This document shows, one piece after another, positions 36,752-45,897 of a DNA stretch of 54,310 nucleotides. The notes beneath the pieces are model-generated. The model ran no database searches and had not been told where the DNA came from. It saw only the letters and a list, made by a program, of their open reading frames with translations. Each line of letters opens with the position of its first letter. The stretch's first letter is position 1. The position numbers and the translations under genes were made by a program. The DNA comes from a virus. Its lineage: Duplodnaviria > Caudoviricetes. The stretch covers positions 1 to 54,310 of the IMG/VR virus record IMGVR_UViG_3300020021_000018. One strand, 5' to 3'.

Positions 36752-37053
36752 TCCCCGAGGACGCTGCGGTACCAGCCTTCGCAGCACATCCCGCTACAGC
36801 ATCCGTGGATCGCCTGCCAGGTCTGATCAACCAGTTCCCAATACTGGAACTGGGATGGATCGGGATGGCCCACCCCGTGTGGACAGATACGTTCGAAGAT
36901 GCCCCGATCGCTGCGCCAGATGGGTGTCATGTCACGCCAAGGACCCTCGGCCGGATTATGCATGACGCAAATCCAGGTCCGGCACTGGTCGTTCGGGTGA
37001 ACATGGATGAGTCTCGCGAAAAGGAGTGCCTCTTCCAGGGTGAAAATCTTCAT
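36748..37053 (-). CDS. Cys/His-rich hypothetical protein
   Basis: ERICPHGVGHPDP...HGCCSGMCC. Confidence 0.6.
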   Translation of the reverse strand: MKIFTLEEALLFARLIHVHPNDQCRTWICVMHNPAEGPWRDMTPIWRSDRGIFERICPHGVGHPDPSQFQYWELVDQTWQAIHGCCSGMCCEGWYRSVLGD

Positions 37054-37203
37054 CGGGTGAACCAGATGATCATCGTGGCGGCGAAGGCGAAGAAAACGAT
37101 GGTCACCACCGCATTCTGGAAAGCCTGCGGCCAGGAAAGGGACGGCTTCGCCGGCTCCTTAGCAGGCCTCGGCGTGGGACCAAGCAAGTTCATCACCCCC
37201 CAA

Positions 37204-37473
37204 TCAATCCTGTCGTTCATATGCTTCCTTCACGTGCGTCTCGGCAATCGCGATGGTGACACCATCGGCCACACTCCCCGCCATCTTCTCTAGCGAGACA
37301 GCGACAGCTTCCTTGATCTCTTCGGGCCAGTCGCAGAGGCGGAAGGCTGCGGCAGCCCCCGTGAGGGCACCCCTACCGCCATCGATGTAGCCATTGGCGT
37401 ACGTCTGCTCTGCGGCAGCCCCTATCTGCTCTTGCACTTCAGCGATTAGGCCCATTATGGCGTCCTCTTCCAT
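37204..37473 (-). CDS. Hypothetical protein
   Basis: ORF with GGGAG RBS. Confidence 0.5.
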   Translation of the reverse strand: MEEDAIMGLIAEVQEQIGAAAEQTYANGYIDGGRGALTGAAAAFRLCDWPEEIKEAVAVSLEKMAGSVADGVTIAIAETHVKEAYERQD

Positions 37474-37555
37474 GACCCGTTCTCCCTTCAGCTAAGTAAT
37501 CCGTACCGCCCACAAGGTTAAGTCCCCACTGCCCCTCGTGGACGATACCGACGAC

Positions 37556-37834
37556 TCAGTTGCCTTCGTCGAAGTTTGCTACGCCGGATTCATCGTTCTC
37601 CCGAGCTTCGAGCTTGACGCGCTCCGTCTTCCCCGTGACCGGGTTGCGCCGGAAGCCTGCCCTACTCTTCTCGACGTAGCCCCGGACAATACGGTCAATC
37701 GTGCCCGGATGGCGTCCCGTCGCCTCGGCTAGCTGCCGGTAGACGATCTGCCTCGTCTTCACCTTCCTGGAGCGCTTAGTGAACTCTTCCCGAATCCAGG
37801 TGCGCTCCTCCGGCGTGATGCGCTTACCCGACAT
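37556..37834 (-). CDS. HTH DNA-binding protein
   Basis: YRQLAEATGRHPGTIDRIVRG. Confidence 0.6.
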   Translation of the reverse strand: MSGKRITPEERTWIREEFTKRSRKVKTRQIVYRQLAEATGRHPGTIDRIVRGYVEKSRAGFRRNPVTGKTERVKLEARENDESGVANFDEGN

Positions 37835-37836
37835 GC

Positions 37837-38718
37837 CTACTCCCCGGCAGCTTCCGGCTCATAGCCCTTGGTGGGGCGTGGCTCCACGAGTTTGCTGACC
37901 TCGTGGCAGATCTCGGCAGCGCCGACCTTCACGGCACGCGGAAGCTGGACACGTGTGGCCTGAATGCCACGGCGAGCATTATTCATCGCCCGCAGGACAA
38001 CCCACTGCTGCTGGTTCTGGGTCAGCTGACGCCCGTCGATATTGAGGCGCTGGAGGAGGCTCAGGGCCGGGTCGCCCTGGTCCATGCGGGCACCGGTGCG
38101 CAGCTTCGTGAAGAACTCCTGCGTCAGCTGGCGCTCTTCCTTCAGGCCGTAGTAGTAGCAGGTTGCCGCATTGACGGGGCGCATCCGGACCTTGAGCCAG
38201 ATCTTGTTGACGGCCTCAACCGACTCGGCGATGCTGGGATCGCTATCGATCATGGCGAGGACCTCGGCATTGGTCGGCTTGACACTCCAGTTATTGATGC
38301 CGCCATCGATCCGGAAGATCGATCGTGCCGCTGCCGCGAGCTGGTTACCGAAGGACCAGCCCTCCATCGTGAGGGTGTCGGCGACGGTGCGCGGGGAACC
38401 CGAGTCGATGACGGTCTGCGCCTCCTTGTCCAGGCCACGCATCACCCAGAAGGTCTGGGTGGTACCGGATTGGACAATAGCGTGGAGGCGATTCTGGCCA
38501 TCGAGGAGGAATTCGTCTCCGACGGCATCGGGTGTCTCGAAGCGGATCGGGTCACCGACCTGGTGCCAGTTCCCGGCCGTCATGTCGCGTGCGTACTTGT
38601 CGACGGAGGCTTCTTTGACCTTGCGATTGTCCCGATTGTATTCAAGCCACTCGGTGGCCAGCTCGGGTGTGACCTGGACGAGTTCCATAGTCTGACCTTT
38701 ACTTCCCTTGTTTGCCAT
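37837..38718 (-). CDS. ParB-like (DGQHR-type) domain protein
   Basis: VTPELATEWL..N..NR...YARDM..GNW...LLDGQNRL.AI. Confidence 0.75.
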   Translation of the reverse strand: MANKGSKGQTMELVQVTPELATEWLEYNRDNRKVKEASVDKYARDMTAGNWHQVGDPIRFETPDAVGDEFLLDGQNRLHAIVQSGTTQTFWVMRGLDKEAQTVIDSGSPRTVADTLTMEGWSFGNQLAAAARSIFRIDGGINNWSVKPTNAEVLAMIDSDPSIAESVEAVNKIWLKVRMRPVNAATCYYYGLKEERQLTQEFFTKLRTGARMDQGDPALSLLQRLNIDGRQLTQNQQQWVVLRAMNNARRGIQATRVQLPRAVKVGAAEICHEVSKLVEPRPTKGYEPEAAGE

Positions 38719-38732
38719 GATCCTTTTCTCCC

Positions 38733-39131
38733 TTACTTCTTGAATATTCTGCGTGCCGGTGGATCGATCAGATACTCCGCCAGGCGCAAAAATGTGTCTG
38801 GGTTATCTCGGTAATATCCGACCAATTGGTTACAAATTCCACATAGGAGCCCACGTACCTCACCTGTCTCGTGACTATGATCAACCGCGAGACGCTTAAC
38901 GACCCCTTTCGCTCTGCGACATCCTGCACACAGGCCCCCCTGAGCTTCGTAGAGAAGCTCATACTCTCCGGGGCCTAGCCCGTAAACCTTCTGCACCTTC
39001 AGCTCGTGTGCAGCAGCGCTACGGACCTTCTTTACTGCCCGGTGATGGGTGACGCAGCGTGGCCCCGGGTGTGGAGCCGGACGCTGCGTTTTCACACCTT
39101 CGGATACGCAGTCTTTGCAAGGCTTCGACAT
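38733..39131 (-). CDS. Endonuclease VII family nuclease
   Basis: YGL...Y..L...QGG.CAGC...LAVDHSHETGEVRGLLC..CN. Confidence 0.9.
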   Translation of the reverse strand: MSKPCKDCVSEGVKTQRPAPHPGPRCVTHHRAVKKVRSAAAHELKVQKVYGLGPGEYELLYEAQGGLCAGCRRAKGVVKRLAVDHSHETGEVRGLLCGICNQLVGYYRDNPDTFLRLAEYLIDPPARRIFKK

Positions 39132-39134
39132 TCA

Positions 39135-39425
39135 CTAAGGATATTGCTGCCCCACCTGGTAGGAGGAGTAATCCTGTGGTGGAACGTCGGTCCAGCCCTC
39201 ATGCTGACTCGTCTTCAGCTTGAACTGGTACTCGGCCGGATAGTAGATCGTCTGCCACATGTGGAAAGTGCAGATGCCCTTACTGTTGTAGCCCATGCAC
39301 TGGTAGACGAGTTGACTCCAGGGCGCGTCGTACTCCTTCTTCTCGATCGTGCCGTGGCTAGGTCCACCACAGCCGGCCAGGAAAGGCAGGGCGAGGATGG
39401 CAGCGAAGGCAAGTTTGATCTTCAT
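39135..39425 (-). CDS. Lipoprotein
   Basis: Signal peptide with lipobox LAGC. Confidence 0.7.
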   Translation of the reverse strand: MKIKLAFAAILALPFLAGCGGPSHGTIEKKEYDAPWSQLVYQCMGYNSKGICTFHMWQTIYYPAEYQFKLKTSQHEGWTDVPPQDYSSYQVGQQYP

Positions 39426-39760
39426 CAGCTGGCCCTGCGCAGAGTGCGAGTCTGGTACTCCGCGTAGAGGTCGGGACGCTGGCGCTTCAACTTCGCCGCA
39501 TTGAAGACCTGCTCCTCCTGTAGTTCGAGGAAGGCTTCCACAAGTTCCTCCGGCTGCTCCTTCTTGAAGCGTGCCAGTTGAAGTGTCGCCGTTCGGGCGA
39601 AGGTCCAGACGACCTTCCCATCGATGACGAGTTCGTCTTCGTCACCGGCTGCTTCTTTGAGCTGGGTCGCGAACTTGTCTTCCTGCGCAGCCCACCAGGC
39701 TTTCTGTTCCTTGGCGTATTCCAGGGACGCGCTCACAGCGGGGTCGATCTCGACTGCCAT
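39425..39760 (-). CDS. Hypothetical phage protein
   Basis: Coiled N-terminus; DGKVVWTF...LK...PDLYAEY; has its own promoter at 39800-39829. Confidence 0.6.
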   Translation of the reverse strand: MAVEIDPAVSASLEYAKEQKAWWAAQEDKFATQLKEAAGDEDELVIDGKVVWTFARTATLQLARFKKEQPEELVEAFLELQEEQVFNAAKLKRQRPDLYAEYQTRTLRRAS

Positions 39761-39785
39761 GATGGCTCCTTCCGTCGGGGACAAT

Positions 39786-40100
39786 TCAGCTCACTCGTGA
39801 ATCTACTCCCCCCTCCCGGGGGATGTCAAGGATTGACCGTAGACAGATCCGACATAACATTGCCGGCTTCGGCTGATAACGCAAAGCCTTCGGATGCATC
39901 CCCACACCGTAGGCGACCCCGGCAACGACAGTCCCGTTTCCGGGTGCCATCTTCATCCCGCACTCGGCCAGAACGGGGCAGTGCTCCAGGCAGATATGGA
40001 TCGCGATCCCCTTGATCGCCACATCATCGATGCACCACATGTCAGGGTTGAATCCGTGCAAAGGATTGCAGAGCGCCTTATCCATCCACTCGTGGGACAT
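39786..40100 (-). CDS. Divergent WhiB-like transcription factor
   Basis: WMDKALC...PDMW...AIHICLEHCPVLAEC (four Cys); degenerate turn motif GTVVAG. Confidence 0.65.
   Translation of the reverse strand: MSHEWMDKALCNPLHGFNPDMWCIDDVAIKGIAIHICLEHCPVLAECGMKMAPGNGTVVAGVAYGVGMHPKALRYQPKPAMLCRICLRSILDIPREGGVDSRVS
39800..39829 (-). promoter_or_regulatory. Leftward promoter with conserved spacer motif
   Basis: Minus strand TTGACA, 18-nt C-run/G-run spacer, TAGATT. Confidence 0.7.
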
Positions 40101-40110
40101 GATGCCCCTC

Positions 40111-40320
40111 TCATCCCAGCAGGGACGTCTTCAGACTTGCGATGTAGGCCTCGGCCTGACTGCGAAATGTCTCATCGGCCAGGAGCGAATCAAAGTGGGC
40201 ACTCATCGCGTCACGGATCACCGCCGAAACGGTAGTCCCCTGCACATTGGCGACAAGTGTCAAAAGCTCATGCAGCTTAGGGTCGGGACGAAACGATATG
40301 ATCTCAGGCGCGCTTCTCAT
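40111..40320 (-). CDS. Ribbon-helix-helix (CopG-like) DNA-binding protein
   Basis: ISFRPD.KLHELL..VA..QGTTVSAVIRDAM. Confidence 0.75.
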   Translation of the reverse strand: MRSAPEIISFRPDPKLHELLTLVANVQGTTVSAVIRDAMSAHFDSLLADETFRSQAEAYIASLKTSLLG

Positions 40321-40718
40321 CTGATGTCTCCTCTGCTATGTCGAATGTCAGTTGGCCCTCAAGGTTGGGGGGCGGCTTAGGTGCACGTGGACGATCCTTA
40401 TCGACGCAGCTGGGACACCAGCATGCTTTCAGAGGTGTCCCAGCTGCACTTTCACCATCGAAGATGCGCCAGCCGAGGAAGCGTCCACGTGCCACCGTCA
40501 GCTCCACAGAACCGATATCCATCAGCTCCGCAGCACATCCCTGGCAGCGGATCATCCCTGGTTCGCGAATCGATGCCACTTGGCATGCCCATACGCGTAG
40601 CGGAGAGCCTCGTCCCAGTCCTGCGCGTAGAAGGATCCGAGATGCTTCTCGCAACGCACCGTCCAGACCTTGATCTCGCTACTGAGATATGGAAGCTTCT
40701 TGATACTGATACGTGCCA

Positions 40719-41069
40719 TCACTTCAGCCAGCTATCGGGTACCTTATCCGGGATTTGGCGGGCAATGAACTGGGCACGCTCGGTGGCGTGCTTGCAGACG
40801 GCGATGAGTACCATCTGCTCCAGGTCAGCTCGGTTGATCCCATTCAGGTAAAGCCACAATTCTTCTGTGGCTTTAGCGAATTCTTCCTGGCTACCCATAT
40901 TTTCGGCGACGAAGACGGTGGCCATCTTTTCGCACAGCTGGTCCAGGATGGTGGTAGTCTCCGTATCCTTGGCAGCCTGAGGACTGGATGGTCCCCTGTC
41001 GGGCAGAGCAGAATCGTGGATCTTCCCATGCCACGGTGCTTCGAGAAGCTCATATCCGTCAGGCATCAC
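40719..41069 (-). CDS. Hypothetical protein
   Basis: Tiles in the leftward operon. Confidence 0.5.
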   Translation of the reverse strand: MMPDGYELLEAPWHGKIHDSALPDRGPSSPQAAKDTETTTILDQLCEKMATVFVAENMGSQEEFAKATEELWLYLNGINRADLEQMVLIAVCKHATERAQFIARQIPDKVPDSWLK

Positions 41070-41370
41070 TCACCTCACTTTTCAGGATGTTTTCGGTGCA
41101 GTCCGATAGCCATGCCATGACGGCGTAGAACATCTCGGCAGCCGAAACCGGTCTGGTTTCGTTGAAGAACCAGCGCACCACACGCTCCGGTGTCTCAGCT
41201 GCGAGCATGACGGCGAGCTGCCCGAGAGGCTCGGCACGGATACTTTTACGCTTCGCCTCCGTCATGAGTAGACCCATCTGGTCGAGGGCTTCGGCGTAGG
41301 TGATCGCCTGAGCACGCGACAGGAGGAGGGCATGCTCGCAAAGGTTCTGCGTCTTCTCGTCCAGCATCAC
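41059..41370 (-). CDS. Hypothetical protein
   Basis: GTGA overlap with upstream gene. Confidence 0.5.
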   Translation of the reverse strand: MMLDEKTQNLCEHALLLSRAQAITYAEALDQMGLLMTEAKRKSIRAEPLGQLAVMLAAETPERVVRWFFNETRPVSAAEMFYAVMAWLSDCTENILKSEVSDA

Positions 41371-41774
41371 AGTTCGATCCCGGTGACCTCGGCGATGCGC
41401 TCCTTGAGGAACTTGAGGTTCTCCGGGGTGGTGGCCAAGCGGACATCTTCGTCACGATGTGTGAAGAGGAAGATCTCACGGCGGAATATGCTGGCTTCGG
41501 TGACCTCGTCGTAAAGATCGCCCGTCAGCCCGAGTAGTTCCACTGCCTTCTCGGGGATTGAGTTATAATGCTGCCAGGAGTTCAAATGCTTGAGTGTCAT
41601 CTGCTTCTCGTTGGCGACGATCTGGCCAGCGAGGCAGGCTGTGGTTCCGCAAGAACGGGTCGTCTCCGGGTCGTCATTGACGTAGTACTCCTGATCCCAG
41701 TGCTCCAGATCCATCTCGATCGCTGCGACGGCGTCACGTAGGACACGTTCGCCTTCGAGTGAAAGCTTAATCAT
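41367..41774 (-). CDS. CGTTACLAG-motif protein, paralogue 1
   Basis: EMDLEHWDQ..Y, CGTTACLAGQIV, TPENLKFLKERIAEVTGIEL. Confidence 0.8.
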   Translation of the reverse strand: MIKLSLEGERVLRDAVAAIEMDLEHWDQEYYVNDDPETTRSCGTTACLAGQIVANEKQMTLKHLNSWQHYNSIPEKAVELLGLTGDLYDEVTEASIFRREIFLFTHRDEDVRLATTPENLKFLKERIAEVTGIEL

Positions 41775-41786
41775 GATCCATTACTC

Positions 41787-42197
41787 CTAAAGTTCGATCC
41801 CGGTGACCTCGGCGATGCGCTCCTTGAGGAACTTGAGGTTCTCCGGGGTGCTTCGCAGAGCGAAGGGGCCGACGTGCGTGTAGTTGAAGATCAGCTCCCG
41901 GAAGGAGCCGGCCACACCGGAGTACTCATCGTCAAAGTAGAGCTGGAGGAGGGTCATTGCCTTCGCTGCGATAGAGACGCCAGAGGTGTTGGTCCACTCT
42001 CGCAGCTTCCCGAGAGGGATACCCAGCTCATTCACCACGATCTGGCCGGCGAGGCAACACGTGGTTCCACAGGCACCGCCGGGAAGGATCGCTTCCGTAT
42101 TGACGTAGTAATCCTGATCCCAGTGCTCCAGATCCATCTCGATCTCAGCCACAGCGTCACGTAGGACACGCTCGCCTTCAGCAGTCAGGCGGATCAC
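41787..42197 (-). CDS. CGTTACLAG-motif protein, paralogue 2
   Basis: Same N- and C-terminal blocks; CGTTCCLAG. Confidence 0.8.
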   Translation of the reverse strand: MIRLTAEGERVLRDAVAEIEMDLEHWDQDYYVNTEAILPGGACGTTCCLAGQIVVNELGIPLGKLREWTNTSGVSIAAKAMTLLQLYFDDEYSGVAGSFRELIFNYTHVGPFALRSTPENLKFLKERIAEVTGIEL

Positions 42198-42601
42198 AGT
42201 TCGATCCCGGTGACCTGAGCGATGCGCTCCTTGAAGAGCTTGAGGTTCTCCGGGGTGCGGGCGAGAAGATTCTCTTCGCTTCGATCGTCCTCGGTGTGCG
42301 TGTAGTAGAAGATCAGCTCCCGGAAGGAGCCGGCATCGTCGCCCTCTTCGCCATCGTCTCCACTAAGCCCGAGAAGCTCCAACGCCTTGCCGGAGAGGTA
42401 GTGGTACCTCTCCCAGTTGGCGAGGACATCAAGCGTCATCCCCAGCTCGTTGGCAACGATCTGGCCGGCGAGACAGGCCGTAGTTCCGCAGCTTGCCCCG
42501 GGGTTGACGTAGTAACTCTGGTTCCAGTGCTCCAGATCCATCTCAAGAGCTTGCATGCCTCGACGTAGGACCGCTTCGCCTTCTTCGGATAGCTTAATCA
42601 T
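42194..42601 (-). CDS. CGTTACLAG-motif protein, paralogue 3
   Basis: Same blocks; start at ATG 42601 aligns with the other paralogues. Confidence 0.8.
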   Translation of the reverse strand: MIKLSEEGEAVLRRGMQALEMDLEHWNQSYYVNPGASCGTTACLAGQIVANELGMTLDVLANWERYHYLSGKALELLGLSGDDGEEGDDAGSFRELIFYYTHTEDDRSEENLLARTPENLKLFKERIAQVTGIEL

Positions 42602-42688
42602 GATCCGCATTCTCCTTTACGTTGGTCGTTCCGGGGCCGGCGCCACGCGATTGATAGCAGCAACGCCGGCCGGTGCATCGATCCTACC

Positions 42689-43225
42689 TTACCCCTCGGG
42701 GGGGACGTCAATATCTTCGGTGAAGTCCGGGAAAGAAACATCAGGCCAGGAAGGAACATCATTCAGGCCGAGCAAAGTCTGATCCGCCTGCCAGTCCAGA
42801 GGCTCCGAAGCCATCGTGTCCGTGAGTGTCTGTGGACGATACTTGGCACGCCACTCAGCAACCGTCTCCGGCTCACGCTCAGGCGCGGCAGGCAGCGCGT
42901 ACGGGACACTCAGGGCCACCATCCGGTAGGCGCCCGTCATGCTCAGATTGTGGATAGCAGCCTGGCGCGCCACGAGGGTCTGCATCATTCCCGGGAAGTC
43001 CTGACTGAGGATCTCATCCTCCGGCCAAGTCCACCTCGGTGGTAGCGACATATCGATCGCGTCGAGTGTGATCAGGGTACCGTCCTCCTCCACCTCGACG
43101 AGTTGCATGCTGTCGAATGGGTCCAGGCCCATATCGCGCACGATGCTGTCGAAGATCGGATACCAGTTCACATCGAGAACCTCCTCGATGACGATCTGGC
43201 CCGTCGTCTCAACTGTCTCCGTCAT
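42689..43225 (-). CDS. Acidic hypothetical protein
   Basis: 178 aa; GGAG RBS and GGATCATG start. Confidence 0.55.
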   Translation of the reverse strand: MTETVETTGQIVIEEVLDVNWYPIFDSIVRDMGLDPFDSMQLVEVEEDGTLITLDAIDMSLPPRWTWPEDEILSQDFPGMMQTLVARQAAIHNLSMTGAYRMVALSVPYALPAAPEREPETVAEWRAKYRPQTLTDTMASEPLDWQADQTLLGLNDVPSWPDVSFPDFTEDIDVPPEG

Positions 43226-43659
43226 GATCCGTAATCTCCTCTCTCCCAGCGCTCAGTCTGGGCGCGCATCGCGTCACATTCCTCGCACTTACATGTCCAA
43301 TAGGCGATCGTGAAGAAGCCAGCCGGATGGATCGGAATCGTCAAAGTCCGACGCCCGTACTCATCCCCGCCACGGTAGGGCAGCAGATAGAAATACCAGT
43401 TCGGCTGCCAGCTGTTATAGCCGTGATACCAGATACGTCTACGACTCATGATCTCAGTCCTCCCTCTCCTGATGGGGATCCGTCTCGCGCAAGATGACGG
43501 CGTAATGCTTTTCGCAGAGGCGCACAATGTGCTGCCCGGCGAGACCGTGAAGCATCACATCCTGCACAGCGCGGCCCGGACACAGGTCGGTATCCGATTG
43601 GAGGGCAACAGTTTTGCCCCAGTCGCATTCCAGTAACCCAAACATGATCCGTTCTCCTT

Positions 43660-44175
43660 TCACGCTGGCTGCTTCAGCCAAACTGGAACGAGGTCCGCAC
43701 GACCCTTGGCGACAAGATATTCGATGGCGGACTCTGGTCCGTATAGCCGACCAGCCTTGTTGAATACTGGACGATTCTCATTGATTGCTTTCAGTTCCGC
43801 CTCCTCTGCTATTTCTCGACTCGGGAATAAGTCGAGCTTTCCGGTAGCCATCCATTCTCTCCAAATAGCCGTTCGCAAATGCTCCTTGGATCGTATTCGT
43901 ATATCGAATGTCACGCCTACATATAAGAGAACATCAGAGATGTCATAATGCCAGTAGAGAAAGGTTGGAGTGTCTACCACCTTCGTGAGGGTGATTGGTG
44001 TTATCGCTGGGGTATCAGTCACTGCTAGAGGCCGGGGCTCGACCTCCTCCTCGACACCGAAAAGTCCCCGCAGCTTAACTTTTTGCTCCACAGTTAATCG
44101 CGGTGCCGACTTTACTGTGCGTCGGATGATCTCGTTCTCACGCATTTCGCACCTTGCGCAGCCCGGCTTGGACAT
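43660..44175 (-). CDS. GIY-YIG nuclease-like protein
   Basis: FLYWHYD....LLYVGVT..IR.R..EH...AE..AI....P.FN. Confidence 0.75.
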   Translation of the reverse strand: MSKPGCARCEMRENEIIRRTVKSAPRLTVEQKVKLRGLFGVEEEVEPRPLAVTDTPAITPITLTKVVDTPTFLYWHYDISDVLLYVGVTFDIRIRSKEHLRTAIWREWMATGKLDLFPSREIAEEAELKAINENRPVFNKAGRLYGPESAIEYLVAKGRADLVPVWLKQPA

Positions 44176-44204
44176 ATGATCCGTTCCCCTTTCCATAACC
44201 TCCG

Positions 44205-44423
44205 TTATACCGTCACCGCGAATTGGGCCAGCGGATTATCGATAGCGTGGCGTCCGTGGCCGGAATGGTAGGTGAAGATGCCGGCGATGCGCATCTTGCC
44301 GAAGAATTCGCTGATCCTTTCCGCATGCTTGATGAATTGGATCAGAACGAATAGGCAGATGATGACGTAGGCGATTCCCCAATAGGGATTGTCTTGACCC
44401 AGGGCGATCAGATGCTTAATCAC
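44205..44423 (-). CDS. Small membrane protein
   Basis: One hydrophobic helix. Confidence 0.5.
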   Translation of the reverse strand: MIKHLIALGQDNPYWGIAYVIICLFVLIQFIKHAERISEFFGKMRIAGIFTYHSGHGRHAIDNPLAQFAVTV

Positions 44424-44425
44424 TT

Positions 44426-44761
44426 CTACTCCTCGTCTTTTTCGATCATCATTGTTGCTCCGAATATGACGTGACGGTAAACGTCATGCCACGTTTCCTG
44501 TTTCGCTCCGATGTCATTCCACACAACACTGTTGAGATCTGTCATTCCGCCGTATTGAATCTGTGGCTGACCGAAGTCGCCATCGTCGACAGAGTTACCT
44601 ATCACCTTGGCGTCATGGATACAGACCTCCCCGGGGAGATGCAGGACAGGCATCTCTAAGGCATCCGAAAGGCTGTCCAGCCCATCCAGGATTTCATCGG
44701 GATCCTGGATCACCAGAATGAACTTCCCATTGGGGAAAGTCATCGTCTTCAACGTGATCAT
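44426..44761 (-). CDS. Hypothetical protein
   Basis: Tiles in the operon. Confidence 0.5.
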   Translation of the reverse strand: MITLKTMTFPNGKFILVIQDPDEILDGLDSLSDALEMPVLHLPGEVCIHDAKVIGNSVDDGDFGQPQIQYGGMTDLNSVVWNDIGAKQETWHDVYRHVIFGATMMIEKDEE

Positions 44762-44928
44762 CGGTGACTCCTCGAATGGCTCGGACTCGGATGACCCTGA
44801 TGCGGGGCCTTACTCTTCCTGTCCTGGCCGATCGTGTAGCCGGCCAGGAGGATGACGATGATGACGATCCCGAGAGCTATCCCAAGGAAGCATCCGATGG
44901 GGCTGGAACCTGCCGAATCATCAGACAT
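44758..44928 (-). CDS. Small single-TM protein
   Basis: CFLGIALGIVIIVILLAG; AAGGAGGAG RBS. Confidence 0.55.
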   Translation of the reverse strand: MSDDSAGSSPIGCFLGIALGIVIIVILLAGYTIGQDRKSKAPHQGHPSPSHSRSHR

Positions 44929-45178
44929 CCGACTCCTCCTTACAGAAGGGGCACTCACGCTTGTGCTTCTCGTAGGCGCGCTCTTCTGCCTGGCGCCTTG
45001 TCTCCCCTACGAAAATGGCAGCCCAGACAGCTGCACCAGCCGCCCAGAGGTAGCCGACCCGATCACCCTGCACGAAGTAGAAGACCACCCAGTAGCTGTA
45101 GGCAAGAAAAGCAATCGCGGAAAGGTACTGCCAGCGACTCGGCCGCTTCAAAAGCATCGTGAAGCGTGTCTTAGACAT
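44921..45178 (-). CDS. Small two-TM protein
   Basis: Two hydrophobic helices; ends KEESDV. Confidence 0.6.
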   Translation of the reverse strand: MSKTRFTMLLKRPSRWQYLSAIAFLAYSYWVVFYFVQGDRVGYLWAAGAAVWAAIFVGETRRQAEERAYEKHKRECPFCKEESDV

Positions 45179-45407
45179 CTGACTCCTCCTTCTCACGCTT
45201 GGCCTTGAGTGCCTTCGTCTCAGCCACCAGGAAACCCGTGTAGATGAGACACATAGCCCACCATATGAAGGCGTAGACGTAGTGCCCCTGGATATAAAGG
45301 ATCACCGCGACGATGGCGCACAGAGGTACGGCGACAGCGGAGGCGCGCTGGAAGCGGTAGGTTGCCGACTCCCGGTAGAACTTCAGGAACTTGGCCTTCA
45401 GGCTCAT
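45171..45407 (-). CDS. Small two-TM protein
   Basis: Two hydrophobic helices; ends KEESDV. Confidence 0.6.
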   Translation of the reverse strand: MSLKAKFLKFYRESATYRFQRASAVAVPLCAIVAVILYIQGHYVYAFIWWAMCLIYTGFLVAETKALKAKREKEESDV

Positions 45408-45664
45408 CAGAATCTCACCTTCCTTAGAGGCCCACCCTCGGTGATGAGGCGCAGCTTCGCGAGACGCTGCACGGCGACGAGGGCAAGAACTTTCGGCATC
45501 GCCGGATCACGCTGCGACGTCTCTTCGATTTGCAGAGCGAGTGCCCCGAGGGCTGTACCTTCACTTGTCGTCTGAGTCCCGGCGACAATGGCATCGATGA
45601 TCCCGTCGAGCCAGTCGTAACGACCGGCGAGAGTATCGAGGATCTCCTGCATCGGATCGGTCAC
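45407..45664 (-). CDS. Small helical protein
   Basis: C-terminal LALVAVQRLAKLRL. Confidence 0.55.
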   Translation of the reverse strand: MTDPMQEILDTLAGRYDWLDGIIDAIVAGTQTTSEGTALGALALQIEETSQRDPAMPKVLALVAVQRLAKLRLITEGGPLRKVRF

Positions 45665-45897
45665 AGCTTCGCCTCCAGACGAAGCATGAGGAGACGGTGG
45701 ACGGCCGTGACCGCCATCATGTTGCCGGCCCCACCACTCGGATCTCGGCGCAAGGACTCCGCCATACTCGTCATCAGCTCAGCGATACTCATGATTCCTT
45801 CCTCGACACCACCTTCCATTGTGTCGAGAAGTTCATCGAGCCTCGGCTGCGTCTCGTTGATGATCTTCAAATTGTGCTGATACGGCGTCTCGGTCAT
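45661..45897 (-). CDS. Small helical protein
   Basis: C-terminal MAVTAVHRLLMLRL. Confidence 0.55.
   Translation of the reverse strand: MTETPYQHNLKIINETQPRLDELLDTMEGGVEEGIMSIAELMTSMAESLRRDPSGGAGNMMAVTAVHRLLMLRLEAKL

Noticed and set aside
37903-38814. 303-aa plus-strand ORF
   Set aside because: Antisense to the ParB-like gene, with no recognisable motifs.
41367-42601. Diversity-generating retroelement
   Set aside because: No reverse transcriptase in the window, and the differences include indels and are not adenine-specific.
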